From a virus, in the IMG/VR virus record IMGVR_UViG_3300027793_000055, positions 1 through 64,000 of that record: 64,000 nt of DNA; one strand, written 5' to 3'. Both the position numbers and the translations under genes were made by a program. Under the pieces are notes generated by a model, which was not told the origin of the DNA, searched no databases, and worked only from the letters and a program-made list of their open reading frames with translations. Positions 1 to 8,174 of this stretch are shown here, in pieces; the stretch's first letter is position 1, and each line of letters opens with the position of its first letter.

Positions 1-103
1 TCATATCCAAACATACGAATATCTTTTGGGCAGAACATAATATAATAAGCAGTATAGTTATGTGAAAAACCAATATATTTATCTTTCCAAGAACCTATAA
101 ATT

Positions 104-433
104 TCATTTATCACCAAACTTTTTCTTTAATCTTTCATATTCTTTCTTATCACGCTCTTCTCTATCTTCTTTCATTTTCTTTTTGAACTTTGCTACTTTT
201 TCTAAATCTTTCATTCTTTGATTGTATTCTTTATCTGTTTCCAATCTATAGCCTTTGATATGCCATTCTACTGATGTGTAATCATCATCACTATACCAAC
301 TAACTAATAGATCTGTCCATTCACCACTCTTTTCTGCTTCTTTTGCAGCTTGTAAAGAGTTGATAAGATTATCTATTCCATCATCAGGATGAATAGTTGA
401 ATGAGTATCAAAGACACGAATTTTGTTTGTCAT
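104..433 (-). CDS. Hypothetical phage protein
   Basis: 109-aa ORF, tightly packed on the coding strand with neighbours. Confidence 0.7.
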   Translation of the reverse strand: MTNKIRVFDTHSTIHPDDGIDNLINSLQAAKEAEKSGEWTDLLVSWYSDDDYTSVEWHIKGYRLETDKEYNQRMKDLEKVAKFKKKMKEDREERDKKEYERLKKKFGDK

Positions 434-616
434 TTATTCTACTCCTGAAATGATATGGAGAATATCGCTTATGTGAAATCTATATTCCTTCTCGTGACCA
501 AGTGGATATCCGTGAAAAAATCTTTTAGAAGTTTCTAAACTTGTAACAAGAATATAAACATCTTTATATAAAGTTTCTTTTAATTGAATAATATCTCCAA
601 CTTGAGGTATTAGCAT
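434..616 (-). CDS. Small hypothetical protein, GD[LI]V/SH3-like family
   Basis: N-terminal QVGDIIQL resembles other small ORFs in the window; abuts neighbours. Confidence 0.6.
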   Translation of the reverse strand: MLIPQVGDIIQLKETLYKDVYILVTSLETSKRFFHGYPLGHEKEYRFHISDILHIISGVE

Positions 617-619
617 TTA

Positions 620-889
620 TCACCAAGTTAAAATACGAGGACCATAGTTTGTTAGTTTATCAAAGTTTGCTTTATCAGTCAAGATCAAACTTTCCATATC
701 ATCATAGAATATAATATGGTTTTCTTTTGTTTCCATAACCCAACTTTCGGGAAATAGAGAACGAAATTGTTTTGCTACTTCTTTATAATCTTGATGTGTA
801 AAACCTATTACAGCATCACCATCGCCACCTTCATCAATAATGGTTCTATATATCCAGTCAAATAATAGTTGGTTGGTTGTTGAGTTCAT
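620..889 (-). CDS. Hypothetical phage protein
   Basis: 89-aa ORF overlapping the upstream stop (ATGA coupling). Confidence 0.7.
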   Translation of the reverse strand: MNSTTNQLLFDWIYRTIIDEGGDGDAVIGFTHQDYKEVAKQFRSLFPESWVMETKENHIIFYDDMESLILTDKANFDKLTNYGPRILTW

Positions 890-1569
890 TTATTCCTCAC
901 AATTTCCAACCAACGAGCGGTAATCAATTTGATATAGTCATCAGGGCACATATCGCCCCATCTATAATAACCCAAAGACCATCCATCATTTGCTTCAACA
1001 AGGATTGTTTTTCCATCAACCACACCAACATCTAAACAATAACCAACAGGAGAACCACCATAACACTCAACCATTTTTTTGGCAAGTTCTAAATCTGGCT
1101 GTTCTTCATTATCACCTGTATCGTATCTGGAATATCCAAGAATTTGTTTGTTTAGAACATATACACGCCATTCGGATGTAATATTGACTGGATCTGAAAT
1201 CCAAACAGGTTCATTATCTTTTACCAGTTCTTCAATATCTTTTTTGATGCCGCCAGTAAATACTTTTGTTGATTTTGGTTTACAGAACTGTTCTGGCTTT
1301 ACATCACCATAAACACCACTCCAAATATTTCTACCAAAGAAACCCATTAGTTGTTCGGGATAAGAAATGTTTTCTGGTAAAATAATATTATTCTGTTCAC
1401 AATACTTTTTTACAAATTCTACTGTTCCAACTGGAATAATATTTTCTTTATCCTCAACCGGTTTTAGTTGTTCGTATGATAAGAAAAAGTGGGAATAGGA
1501 TGGAGAAGACTTTATCATAAACTTCTCCTCATACATAACACCAGTTTCTTGCTGTAGAAGGTATTTCAC
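886..1569 (-). CDS. ATP-grasp domain protein (DUF4343/R2K-like)
   Basis: SEWRVYV, LDVGV..G..ILVEANDGWSLGYY motifs typical of this ATP-grasp family. Confidence 0.7.
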   Translation of the reverse strand: MKYLLQQETGVMYEEKFMIKSSPSYSHFFLSYEQLKPVEDKENIIPVGTVEFVKKYCEQNNIILPENISYPEQLMGFFGRNIWSGVYGDVKPEQFCKPKSTKVFTGGIKKDIEELVKDNEPVWISDPVNITSEWRVYVLNKQILGYSRYDTGDNEEQPDLELAKKMVECYGGSPVGYCLDVGVVDGKTILVEANDGWSLGYYRWGDMCPDDYIKLITARWLEIVRNK

Positions 1570-1739
1570 TCATCACCGACTTTCGTATACAAGAAATTTT
1601 CATCAGTGCCATTCAGTTGAAAATGACCACTTGAATGTGTTGAATCCAAAATAAGTTGTTTTAGTTTATTGATCTGGTCTTCAAGTTCATCAATTCGCTT
1701 GATAGCGTCTTTTAGTTCACGATATTGGTAGTTGTCCAT
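1566..1739 (-). CDS. Unannotated 57-aa protein (MDNYQYRELKDAIKRIDELEDQINKLKQLI...)
   Basis: Manually translated ATG..TGA ORF filling the gap; stop overlaps the GTG start of the ATP-grasp gene; coiled-coil-like. Confidence 0.6.
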   Translation of the reverse strand: MDNYQYRELKDAIKRIDELEDQINKLKQLILDSTHSSGHFQLNGTDENFLYTKVGDE

Positions 1740-1935
1740 TTTTGTTCCATTTTTCTAATGTTTCTTTGAAAGTATCAACTTGTTTTTCTGAATACCATAT
1801 ATCTCTATCCCAATCAAAGAAATAAACATAGTATCCAAAACCATAAAGTTCTGTTGTGCGACTAATATAGCCAAGTTTTATTTCTTCGCTCTTAAAGTCC
1901 CTTCTTGCTATAAGATCGCCAATATTATGTTTCAT
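1717..1935 (-). CDS. Small hypothetical protein, GD[LI]V/SH3-like family
   Basis: MKHNIGDLIARR..LGYI..YYVYFFD pattern. Confidence 0.65.
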   Translation of the reverse strand: MKHNIGDLIARRDFKSEEIKLGYISRTTELYGFGYYVYFFDWDRDIWYSEKQVDTFKETLEKWNKNGQLPIS

Positions 1936-1938
1936 AAA

Positions 1939-2097
1939 TTATGAATTAATATATTTACAACAAGTTTGTCCAGATTGATCCTGATATATCACAACAGAGA
2001 TAGAACCCGAATTAGGAATAAAATATTTACCGTTAAAATTATAACTCAACAGATAAAAATTTGTATCTGGAAAATTAGAAAAATTATAAGTCATCAT
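1939..2097 (-). CDS. Unannotated 52-aa hypothetical protein (MMTYNFSNFPDTNFYLLSY...)
   Basis: Manual translation; fills the gap between 1935 and 2139. Confidence 0.4.
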   Translation of the reverse strand: MMTYNFSNFPDTNFYLLSYNFNGKYFIPNSGSISVVIYQDQSGQTCCKYINS

Positions 2098-2152
2098 AAT
2101 CAGTATCTCCATTGTTTAGGATTACAAGATCGCCAATATTATGTTTGGCCAT
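2084..2152 (-). pseudogene. Truncated 22-aa paralog of the GDLV family (MAKHNIGDLVILNNGDTDYDDL*)
   Basis: Shares 21 identical nt (aaacataatattggcgatctt) with the start of 1717..1935 and stops early. Confidence 0.5.
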
Positions 2153-2345
2153 ATTTTTCCTTGTAGTTTCTTATAAAGTTGGCAACACTAAATTCGTTAA
2201 TGCCGGTGCAGACAAATCCATCTTTGAACCAAAAAACAGAATATACAGGTTCTCCTGAAAAACTTTCATCGGTGTTGTCTTGGATATAACCAAAGTCTCC
2301 ATTGTTTGCGATCACAAGGGAACCAAGTTGATATTTATAAGCCAT
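2139..2345 (-). CDS. Small hypothetical protein, GDLV/SH3-like family
   Basis: YQLGSLVIANNGDFGYI..YSVFWF. Confidence 0.65.
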   Translation of the reverse strand: MAYKYQLGSLVIANNGDFGYIQDNTDESFSGEPVYSVFWFKDGFVCTGINEFSVANFIRNYKEKYGQT

Positions 2346-2347
2346 TA

Positions 2348-2629
2348 TTATTCCACCCTTGAAAGTAATCTCATATCAAGACTATGAAGATGAACAGTGC
2401 CAACATCAAGAAAAACAGAATAAGTATTCACTGTTGAAAAAACACCATCTTCTCTGCCAAGTCTTTTTTCAATAATACCTATCTTATCAACAAGTGGTCC
2501 AATAATAACGCGGTTTTGATCTGGTGCTCTTACAACAAGAACAAGATCACCAACTCTAAACTTTCCAGATATTTGGTAGTCTTTTGGATCTTTTGCGTTT
2601 TTTTTAGTTTTCATCTTTTTCACCATCAC
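2348..2629 (-). CDS. Small hypothetical protein, GDLV/SH3-like family
   Basis: KFRVGDLVLV..IGII..YSVFLD. Confidence 0.65.
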   Translation of the reverse strand: MMVKKMKTKKNAKDPKDYQISGKFRVGDLVLVVRAPDQNRVIIGPLVDKIGIIEKRLGREDGVFSTVNTYSVFLDVGTVHLHSLDMRLLSRVE

Positions 2630-2685
2630 TTACAAATTTTTTATATAAATAAAATCATCCCGCTCGATCTGGCTAGCTTGTGGTC

Positions 2686-2714
2686 ATTGTACCAGAGCCA
2701 ACACAGGAAGTCAA
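2686..2714 (-). promoter_or_regulatory. Sigma70-type promoter TTGACT-N17-TACAAT inside a 12-bp inverted repeat (2653-2664/2714-2725)
   Basis: Direct reading of the minus strand; 17-nt spacer counted. Confidence 0.75.
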
Positions 2715-2745
2715 GCGGGATGATTGTATCAATATTTAAATTAAT

Positions 2746-3435
2746 TTACTTGAGTAGCTTTCTTACATTTTTTGCCATAGAACGAACAGCCATCTTTTCT
2801 AGACGACTAAGTGAATTAAAAGATTCAAGCTGCAATTCTTGTTTACCCTCTTTAAAAGTAAAAGGACGATCATTTACGCGAGTCATGAACTCAGCCTCTT
2901 CACCACCCCTGAAATCACCAAGACTAATCTTATTACCTAGGCCCGGAAAATCACTATTATTTGTACCAAGAAGGAATGCCTCTTTGCCGCCTCTTGGAAT
3001 AAAAAGGATAGAATCTTGACAATATGCCTCACCAAGCTTAGTCAAGCGACTTAGAAAATCAGCATTTTCGCTAGAATTTACAACAAATAGACTTCTTTCT
3101 TTTACTTCAACTTGTTGTGGAGTACTAAAATTCTCAATATAGGAACCAAGAACCTCAGTAACCTGATAGCCTTCGTCCAATAGAAGTGCTTTTAGTTCTG
3201 CACTTCGCATTCTATTGATCTCTCTTTTCCTCCGAGGACGACCAGTTTCTGGCTCTGTTGCAAAGCTTTCTGCACTTAGTGCATTATCTGTACATTTAGT
3301 TCTATCAAGAGGGCTACTGCGATAGGCAGAAATAATTATACAATCGTGCTCTTGAATATGTCCATATACTCTGGAAAGACTACTTTCTGTCAAAGTGTCT
3401 GTAAAACTTTTCCAATTCTCCAACAAAACTTTCAT
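2746..3435 (-). CDS. Conserved hypothetical phage protein
   Basis: 229-aa ORF with AAGGAG RBS; N-terminal MKVLLENWKSF..LTE. Confidence 0.7.
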   Translation of the reverse strand: MKVLLENWKSFTDTLTESSLSRVYGHIQEHDCIIISAYRSSPLDRTKCTDNALSAESFATEPETGRPRRKREINRMRSAELKALLLDEGYQVTEVLGSYIENFSTPQQVEVKERSLFVVNSSENADFLSRLTKLGEAYCQDSILFIPRGGKEAFLLGTNNSDFPGLGNKISLGDFRGGEEAEFMTRVNDRPFTFKEGKQELQLESFNSLSRLEKMAVRSMAKNVRKLLK

Positions 3436-3464
3436 AAAGTCTCCTTTAAATGTAATAAGTATCT

Positions 3465-3968
3465 TTATTTAAAATATAAATCAACTTCTTTTTGCCTGCG
3501 AGTTTCTAATCCTTTTGTGACTTTTCCATTTGCTTTTCTCCACTTTAGAAACTCAACTGCTATTTCAGGATTATTTGGACTTACATTTACAAGTTTTAGC
3601 AAACGAGAATGCTTTATGGAGCCATAACCAATATTATAAGACAGACTTACCAGTGCATCAAACTGATTTTGATTTATATCAGTTTTTACCAGTTTATTTA
3701 CCCATTTTTCATATTTATGAATTTTTTTTCTAAAAAGACGATCTGCGGCTGCTTCTGTTATAGGAGGATCAGATAGCAACACTGGTCTTCCATTTTCATA
3801 AGTTGTAGAACCATAACCAATAGCAACTGTACCGGCTGGACAAACATAAGGATAGTCTGAATATCCCTCTAGGTTCTTTATAAGGGCTAAACCACTATCA
3901 GAAATTTGGTGTGGTATTTTTTCTATCTGCGAAAAAGAAAAAATAAATATTAAAGTTGATATTATCAA
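3465..3968 (-). CDS. GH24 lysozyme/endolysin with hydrophobic N-terminus
   Basis: LIKNLEG..YPYVCPAG..IGYG, QNQFDALVSLSYNIG, GLETRRQKE motifs; TTG start with AGGA RBS. Confidence 0.9.
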   Translation of the reverse strand: MIISTLIFIFSFSQIEKIPHQISDSGLALIKNLEGYSDYPYVCPAGTVAIGYGSTTYENGRPVLLSDPPITEAAADRLFRKKIHKYEKWVNKLVKTDINQNQFDALVSLSYNIGYGSIKHSRLLKLVNVSPNNPEIAVEFLKWRKANGKVTKGLETRRQKEVDLYFK

Positions 3969-4024
3969 AGTACGATCCTACAGTTTTAGGTTTTTATTCC
4001 TACAATTGTAGGATATTTGATTGC

Positions 4025-4132
4025 TTATTCTTTTCCTCTTGCCGTCTCAGCAAGAGAAAGAATGCCAACACCAATAATCCAAATTGGAATGCTCAATATC
4101 AAACAACCAACTACAAAATGAGTGCCAGTCAT
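4025..4132 (-). CDS. Unannotated 35-aa single-TM peptide (MTGTHFVVGCLILSIPIWIIGVGILSLAETARGKE)
   Basis: Manual translation; hydrophobic core; directly upstream of the lysozyme and just after an ACTAATTA motif. Confidence 0.55.
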   Translation of the reverse strand: MTGTHFVVGCLILSIPIWIIGVGILSLAETARGKE

Positions 4133-4159
4133 TATTAATAATTAGTTGTTTAAAATCGT

Positions 4160-4633
4160 TTATCCAGCGAGTTGCTTTTCAAGCTGTTGCTGTTTCGCCT
4201 TCAAAGTTTGGATTTCCTTTTCAAGTCTTTGCTTTTCAGCCTTTGCAGCCGCTTCTTGACGAAGCTGCTTTGCTTTCTCACGATTTACTTTTGCTTCTGT
4301 AAGTTTCTTCTTGAAAAGAGGACGAGAAGGAAATGTCGGTTTTTCCCAAATTTCACTTTCAGTCAAGGCTTCACCCTTATAAAAGAAATAAGTAAAGTTT
4401 TCATCACCCTTTGCATCAAGGCGGAAAATTACATCAATATTCTTTGAAAGTTCAGCAACAAATTGTGGTGCCCACCACTTTACTTCTGGGGACCACTTGC
4501 GCCACATAAAGTTTTCAAACTTTGGACCATCCTTTTCATTCTTGAATTCAGGATGGGCATTAGCAGTATCAATAATGAAATTCTCTCCACCCGTCACATC
4601 AGCATCAAGTTTCCAAGCGGTGTAGCTTCCCAT
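4160..4633 (-). CDS. Hypothetical protein with C-terminal coiled coil
   Basis: 157-aa ORF with AGGAG RBS and an upstream promoter. Confidence 0.75.
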   Translation of the reverse strand: MGSYTAWKLDADVTGGENFIIDTANAHPEFKNEKDGPKFENFMWRKWSPEVKWWAPQFVAELSKNIDVIFRLDAKGDENFTYFFYKGEALTESEIWEKPTFPSRPLFKKKLTEAKVNREKAKQLRQEAAAKAEKQRLEKEIQTLKAKQQQLEKQLAG

Positions 4634-4673
4634 ATTTTATCTCCTATAAAAGCACGATCCGTGGTGCTGCACG

Positions 4674-4702
4674 AGCATACCACGGATCTGGCAGACAGTC
4701 AA
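4674..4702 (-). promoter_or_regulatory. Sigma70-type promoter TTGACT-N17-TATGCT overlapped by a 10-bp inverted repeat (4656-4665/4679-4688)
   Basis: Direct reading of the minus strand. Confidence 0.75.
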
Positions 4703-4715
4703 GCAACGTAACCGA

Positions 4716-5138
4716 TCAACCAATTTTTATAACTTGCTTTCTGTTCTTTTTACTATTCCAAGATACATGAACCCAACCACTATCTGGAATGCCTGGTTTA
4801 TAGTATTCAAGAATGAGTTGATCAAAATCAAGATTATCTTTGATCCAATCAAACACAACTTTATTATCTAAACCTGGGATTTCTATATCTGCGGCTTGTC
4901 CTGTCAGATGCTGACTGTTTCGTGCCCCGCCAATAGCCTTATTTAGTTTAGGTCCACGATAGCCACTATTCACCATAATAGGTCTTTTGAAATGCGCTCT
5001 TACTTTTTCTAATACATTTTCACATAGTTCTTTTAGATTGTCAATAACTTCTTGTGTTGGTGTATTGTCAATTTTTTTTCGTTCTGCTGTTTGCGATTTA
5101 GTCATTTCTTGTAGAGAAAAGTTTTCAGTTAGTTTCAT
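4716..5138 (-). CDS. Peptidase M15A (Zn D-Ala-D-Ala peptidase) endolysin
   Basis: NSGYR..IGGARNSQHLTGQAADI..WVHVS motif; start reassigned to MKLTENF (AAGGAG RBS). Confidence 0.88.
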   Translation of the reverse strand: MKLTENFSLQEMTKSQTAERKKIDNTPTQEVIDNLKELCENVLEKVRAHFKRPIMVNSGYRGPKLNKAIGGARNSQHLTGQAADIEIPGLDNKVVFDWIKDNLDFDQLILEYYKPGIPDSGWVHVSWNSKKNRKQVIKIG

Positions 5139-5154
5139 TTTATCTCCTTGTGTA

Positions 5155-5340
5155 TTATTCACATACATAGATTATATGATGATGTTCGAACCATCCATTA
5201 TCTTGCATTTTTTCATCTTGCCAAAAAATATAATATTTAACTCCATGTCTATGTTTTTGTATTTTTAAAATTTGACCAAATACAAAACTTATTGGTGATA
5301 CGACAAGACTACCTATTTTATAAAATAACATACGTATCAC
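5155..5340 (-). CDS. Small hypothetical protein, GDLV/SH3-like family
   Basis: YKIGSLVV..GQILKI..YYIFW. Confidence 0.6.
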   Translation of the reverse strand: MIRMLFYKIGSLVVSPISFVFGQILKIQKHRHGVKYYIFWQDEKMQDNGWFEHHHIIYVCE

Positions 5341-5435
5341 TTTTTCAAAACGTCATCAAAGAATTTCAGCCAAAAAGGTAAACCAATAAAGACTCCAGTA
5401 AACAATATACTTAAAGAAAGAATGTCAATATTCAT
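5337..5435 (-). CDS. Unannotated 32-aa single-TM peptide (MNIDILSLSILFTGVFIGLPFWLKFFDDVLKK)
   Basis: Manual translation; fills the gap exactly between neighbours. Confidence 0.55.
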   Translation of the reverse strand: MNIDILSLSILFTGVFIGLPFWLKFFDDVLKK

Positions 5436-5438
5436 AAT

Positions 5439-5777
5439 TTATTTCCATATAATTTGAATCATTAATATTGCAACTGCCAATATTAAACAAACTGTTGTTT
5501 TTGTATTAATTACTTCCTGAAAGACAAAAAACGAAAGACCAGTAAACACAACTGTACCTATTGAAAATCCAATAAGTCTAGATGGCCATATCTCTCCATT
5601 ATGTGCATCAACTAAAAATTTAACACTATAAACAAATAAATAGGAAATTGGAATACCAAGAAGTATGACGAGCCAAGTGTTTTGTTTTAAAAAAGATATT
5701 TTAAATTGACCCTGTAGTTGAAAAAAGGATAATATATGTGCGAATATATTGATGATGATGCCATAAATTAAGTTCAT
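5439..5777 (-). CDS. Four-TM small membrane protein (SMR/DMT-like size and topology)
   Basis: 112 aa, four hydrophobic segments. Confidence 0.55.
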   Translation of the reverse strand: MNLIYGIIINIFAHILSFFQLQGQFKISFLKQNTWLVILLGIPISYLFVYSVKFLVDAHNGEIWPSRLIGFSIGTVVFTGLSFFVFQEVINTKTTVCLILAVAILMIQIIWK

Positions 5778-5783
5778 TTATTT

Positions 5784-6377
5784 CTATTTTCCCACAGATG
5801 GTTTTCTAATTCTTTGTTGCGCGCAAGTATCACAAAGTGTGACAATCCAGCTATCATTTCTTACTTCTCCCGGCATACTACACTCTTCACATGTTACTGA
5901 ACTCATAGCTTCTGCCATAGAGATAACACCACTACAAAATTCATCTCCACCGGCACTGTAAACTCGCAGTGTTCCAAATTTTTCTTTAATCTGTGTAAAT
6001 ACTAGTTGAGTTGGTGGTTTACCATATTCTGTACGAAAGTTTTTCGCTTCTAAATCTTTTTTTAGGCGCTCTTCTATTTGTTGATCATTATAACCAAGAT
6101 GGTTTTTAAAGTAATATTTTAGATTTGTAGAATTACCACCGATTGCCTGTCTTAAGATGCGATTGAATTTACGAATACTGGCAATATTCTTACGAGTTTG
6201 TGTAATGTGGTTTTGAATCAAACCACACATAGAATTTATAATAGGAAACCATCCATCAGAACATTCGATTCCAAAAGCCATGCAGCTTTGAGATGCTGGC
6301 AGTTTAGTTTCTGCAAAAAGCTTAGGATATTTTTTAATCAACATTTCTTCAAGTTCGTTTTTCATAATTAATCCCAA
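5784..6377 (-). CDS. Conserved phage hypothetical protein with C-terminal Zn ribbon
   Basis: QIKEKFGTLRVY, CEECS..LCDTC; likely true start MKNELEE at 6365. Confidence 0.7.
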   Translation of the reverse strand: MGLIMKNELEEMLIKKYPKLFAETKLPASQSCMAFGIECSDGWFPIINSMCGLIQNHITQTRKNIASIRKFNRILRQAIGGNSTNLKYYFKNHLGYNDQQIEERLKKDLEAKNFRTEYGKPPTQLVFTQIKEKFGTLRVYSAGGDEFCSGVISMAEAMSSVTCEECSMPGEVRNDSWIVTLCDTCAQQRIRKPSVGK

Positions 6378-6931
6378 AATCTGTCAAGAGTTTCTAGTAT
6401 GCCAATAAAATCACTAAATGGATCACCACTACGGAAAGCACCCACTTGTTCTGGATAATCTCCGTAGCGACAGTAGCCAGCATCAAGATGGGCTTTCATT
6501 TCTTCAAGTTGTTTTACTGCTGCTTCTGTAATATAATTTAAGTTTGTAGCAACAGAATAACGATACTTGCCCTTTTCAATTTCATTGATGCAATCATTAC
6601 CAGATACATCCATAAGTTTACAATATCCAAGATCATATGGACTTGGTTTTTTGAACTTTAGTTCTTTGAACTCGCTATCTGGAATATCTTCAAACATCAT
6701 GTCATTTTTATCAAAATTATCGTAATACTCTTCGTATTTTTCACGATCAAACATCACAAGTTCTTTGTGATATTTGCCAAGAGTGCCAAAATGTGGTTCT
6801 TCTTCGCCGATATCAATTTGGAATTCAACATCTAGTGAAAACCAATATGAACCAGAAGAATATGATGGGCTATTTTCACTTTTTTCAATCTTTAGAATTT
6901 TGAATGTCATTTGCCTTTTTATCCTCGTCAA
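6368..6931 (-). CDS. Hypothetical protein
   Basis: 187-aa ORF; true start probably MTFKIL at about 6910. Confidence 0.65.
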   Translation of the reverse strand: MTRIKRQMTFKILKIEKSENSPSYSSGSYWFSLDVEFQIDIGEEEPHFGTLGKYHKELVMFDREKYEEYYDNFDKNDMMFEDIPDSEFKELKFKKPSPYDLGYCKLMDVSGNDCINEIEKGKYRYSVATNLNYITEAAVKQLEEMKAHLDAGYCRYGDYPEQVGAFRSGDPFSDFIGILETLDRFWD

Positions 6932-7229
6932 GATATATCATCTTACCATCAACAAATAGGGCAACAAATTGCGCCCATTCATTTGATTTTACATCCCACT
7001 CATAGAAACGAAGTTCACCTGTTAAATCAATTTTCTCTGGTGGCTTTTTTGGTGCATCTTCTTCTTCCCAAAAATCATTATCAATCCACCAAAGTTCACC
7101 CTCTTTAGTAATCTTATACACATCCATACTACAAATCAAGCTCTTTGTTTGAAACAAAGAGTTTTGATAATTTTTAAATTTTTCTGGAAGGGGAAATTCA
7201 CACTTAAGCATATCATACATTCCCATCAT
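6885..7229 (-). CDS. Conserved phage hypothetical protein (MGMYD..CE.PLP)
   Basis: 114-aa ORF coupled to neighbours. Confidence 0.65.
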   Translation of the reverse strand: MMGMYDMLKCEFPLPEKFKNYQNSLFQTKSLICSMDVYKITKEGELWWIDNDFWEEEDAPKKPPEKIDLTGELRFYEWDVKSNEWAQFVALFVDGKMIYLDEDKKANDIQNSKD

Positions 7230-7536
7230 TCACCTCTAAAAATCTTATTTCATCTTCATATACAAAATATCTAGCACCATCGCTCTGAGAAACAACTACA
7301 TACCCGTGATCGGAGCTAGATAGCTTGCTTTTTAATGGTTTAATAAAAAGTTCTTGTGCTGATATTGCCCTTAAAACAATAAGAGTATTATTAATTTGAT
7401 ATTTTGGACAGCCAAGATCGGCTAAAATATAATTCCATTTGTTTTTATGTTCCCAATAAGTAAATTTTCTACGAACATAGCCAAGAAAAGCTACAAGATC
7501 TCCTTCTTCATACAATGGAGGTATTATACAAGCCAT
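7213..7536 (-). CDS. Hypothetical protein, GDLV/SH3-like family
   Basis: YEEGDLVAF..YVVVSQ..YFVYEDEI. Confidence 0.6.
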   Translation of the reverse strand: MACIIPPLYEEGDLVAFLGYVRRKFTYWEHKNKWNYILADLGCPKYQINNTLIVLRAISAQELFIKPLKSKLSSSDHGYVVVSQSDGARYFVYEDEIRFLEVNDGNV

Positions 7537-7560
7537 TAATTATAATTAATGCTTATATAA

Positions 7561-7589
7561 CAAAAGCCACTTAGCTAAGTGGCTTTTGT
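7561..7589. terminator. Perfect palindromic bidirectional intrinsic terminator
   Basis: caaaagccacttagctaagtggcttttg is self-complementary with A/T tails. Confidence 0.8.
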
Positions 7590-7598
7590 TTAAAACAA

Positions 7599-7868
7599 TC
7601 AAATAACAGTACCTTTTTTAATCACATCAACATAGTGTTGAATTTCACCTAGGTCTTCGTCGTTCTTAAGAGCGCGATAAGCTTTGAGTACAGCAGACAT
7701 TTCTTCTCGTGATAGCCAGTCATTGTCTACATAACTCTTCTTAAGATCCTTTAGATGTTCACGAAATGGCTCCATAGCACGAAGTGTTTGATCAAGAGCC
7801 TTTACATAATTCTGCACGTGATCTTCCTTGGTGAGTTTCTTTTCTTCTTGTGTATTAGCAGTAGTCAT
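7599..7868 (-). CDS. Small helical DNA-binding protein, possibly T4 DsbA/GapR-like
   Basis: 89 aa, predicted all-helical, ..LKDLKKSY..LSREEMSAVLKAYR pattern. Confidence 0.45.
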   Translation of the reverse strand: MTTANTQEEKKLTKEDHVQNYVKALDQTLRAMEPFREHLKDLKKSYVDNDWLSREEMSAVLKAYRALKNDEDLGEIQHYVDVIKKGTVI

Positions 7869-8164
7869 GTTTCATCCTTTAGAATTGCTGTAATTGCAGT
7901 CTCTGGTGATAAAAATAGTTCTTTTATTCCGAATTTACCAATTGGAGTAGCATTTTCGGAAACTACCAGATCACCCGGTACCAGCTTGTCACCCATCTTA
8001 TCACAGTCGGTGGCTATGTCAAGCACACGGAAGAATTCGTATTGTTCATTTTTTTCGGAATCTGGTAATATAAAATTGAATCCACCAAGATTTGTTTTTG
8101 ATAGATCTAATTGTACTTTTTCTAACAGTATTCGTTTATTTAATGGTTTTGCTGTCCAAGTCAT
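7865..8164 (-). CDS. GroES-like co-chaperonin (gp31-like)
   Basis: KPLNKRILLEKV..GG..ILPDSEK..VL..GDLVV. Confidence 0.75.
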   Translation of the reverse strand: MTWTAKPLNKRILLEKVQLDLSKTNLGGFNFILPDSEKNEQYEFFRVLDIATDCDKMGDKLVPGDLVVSENATPIGKFGIKELFLSPETAITAILKDET

Positions 8165-8174
8165 TTTAAACCTT

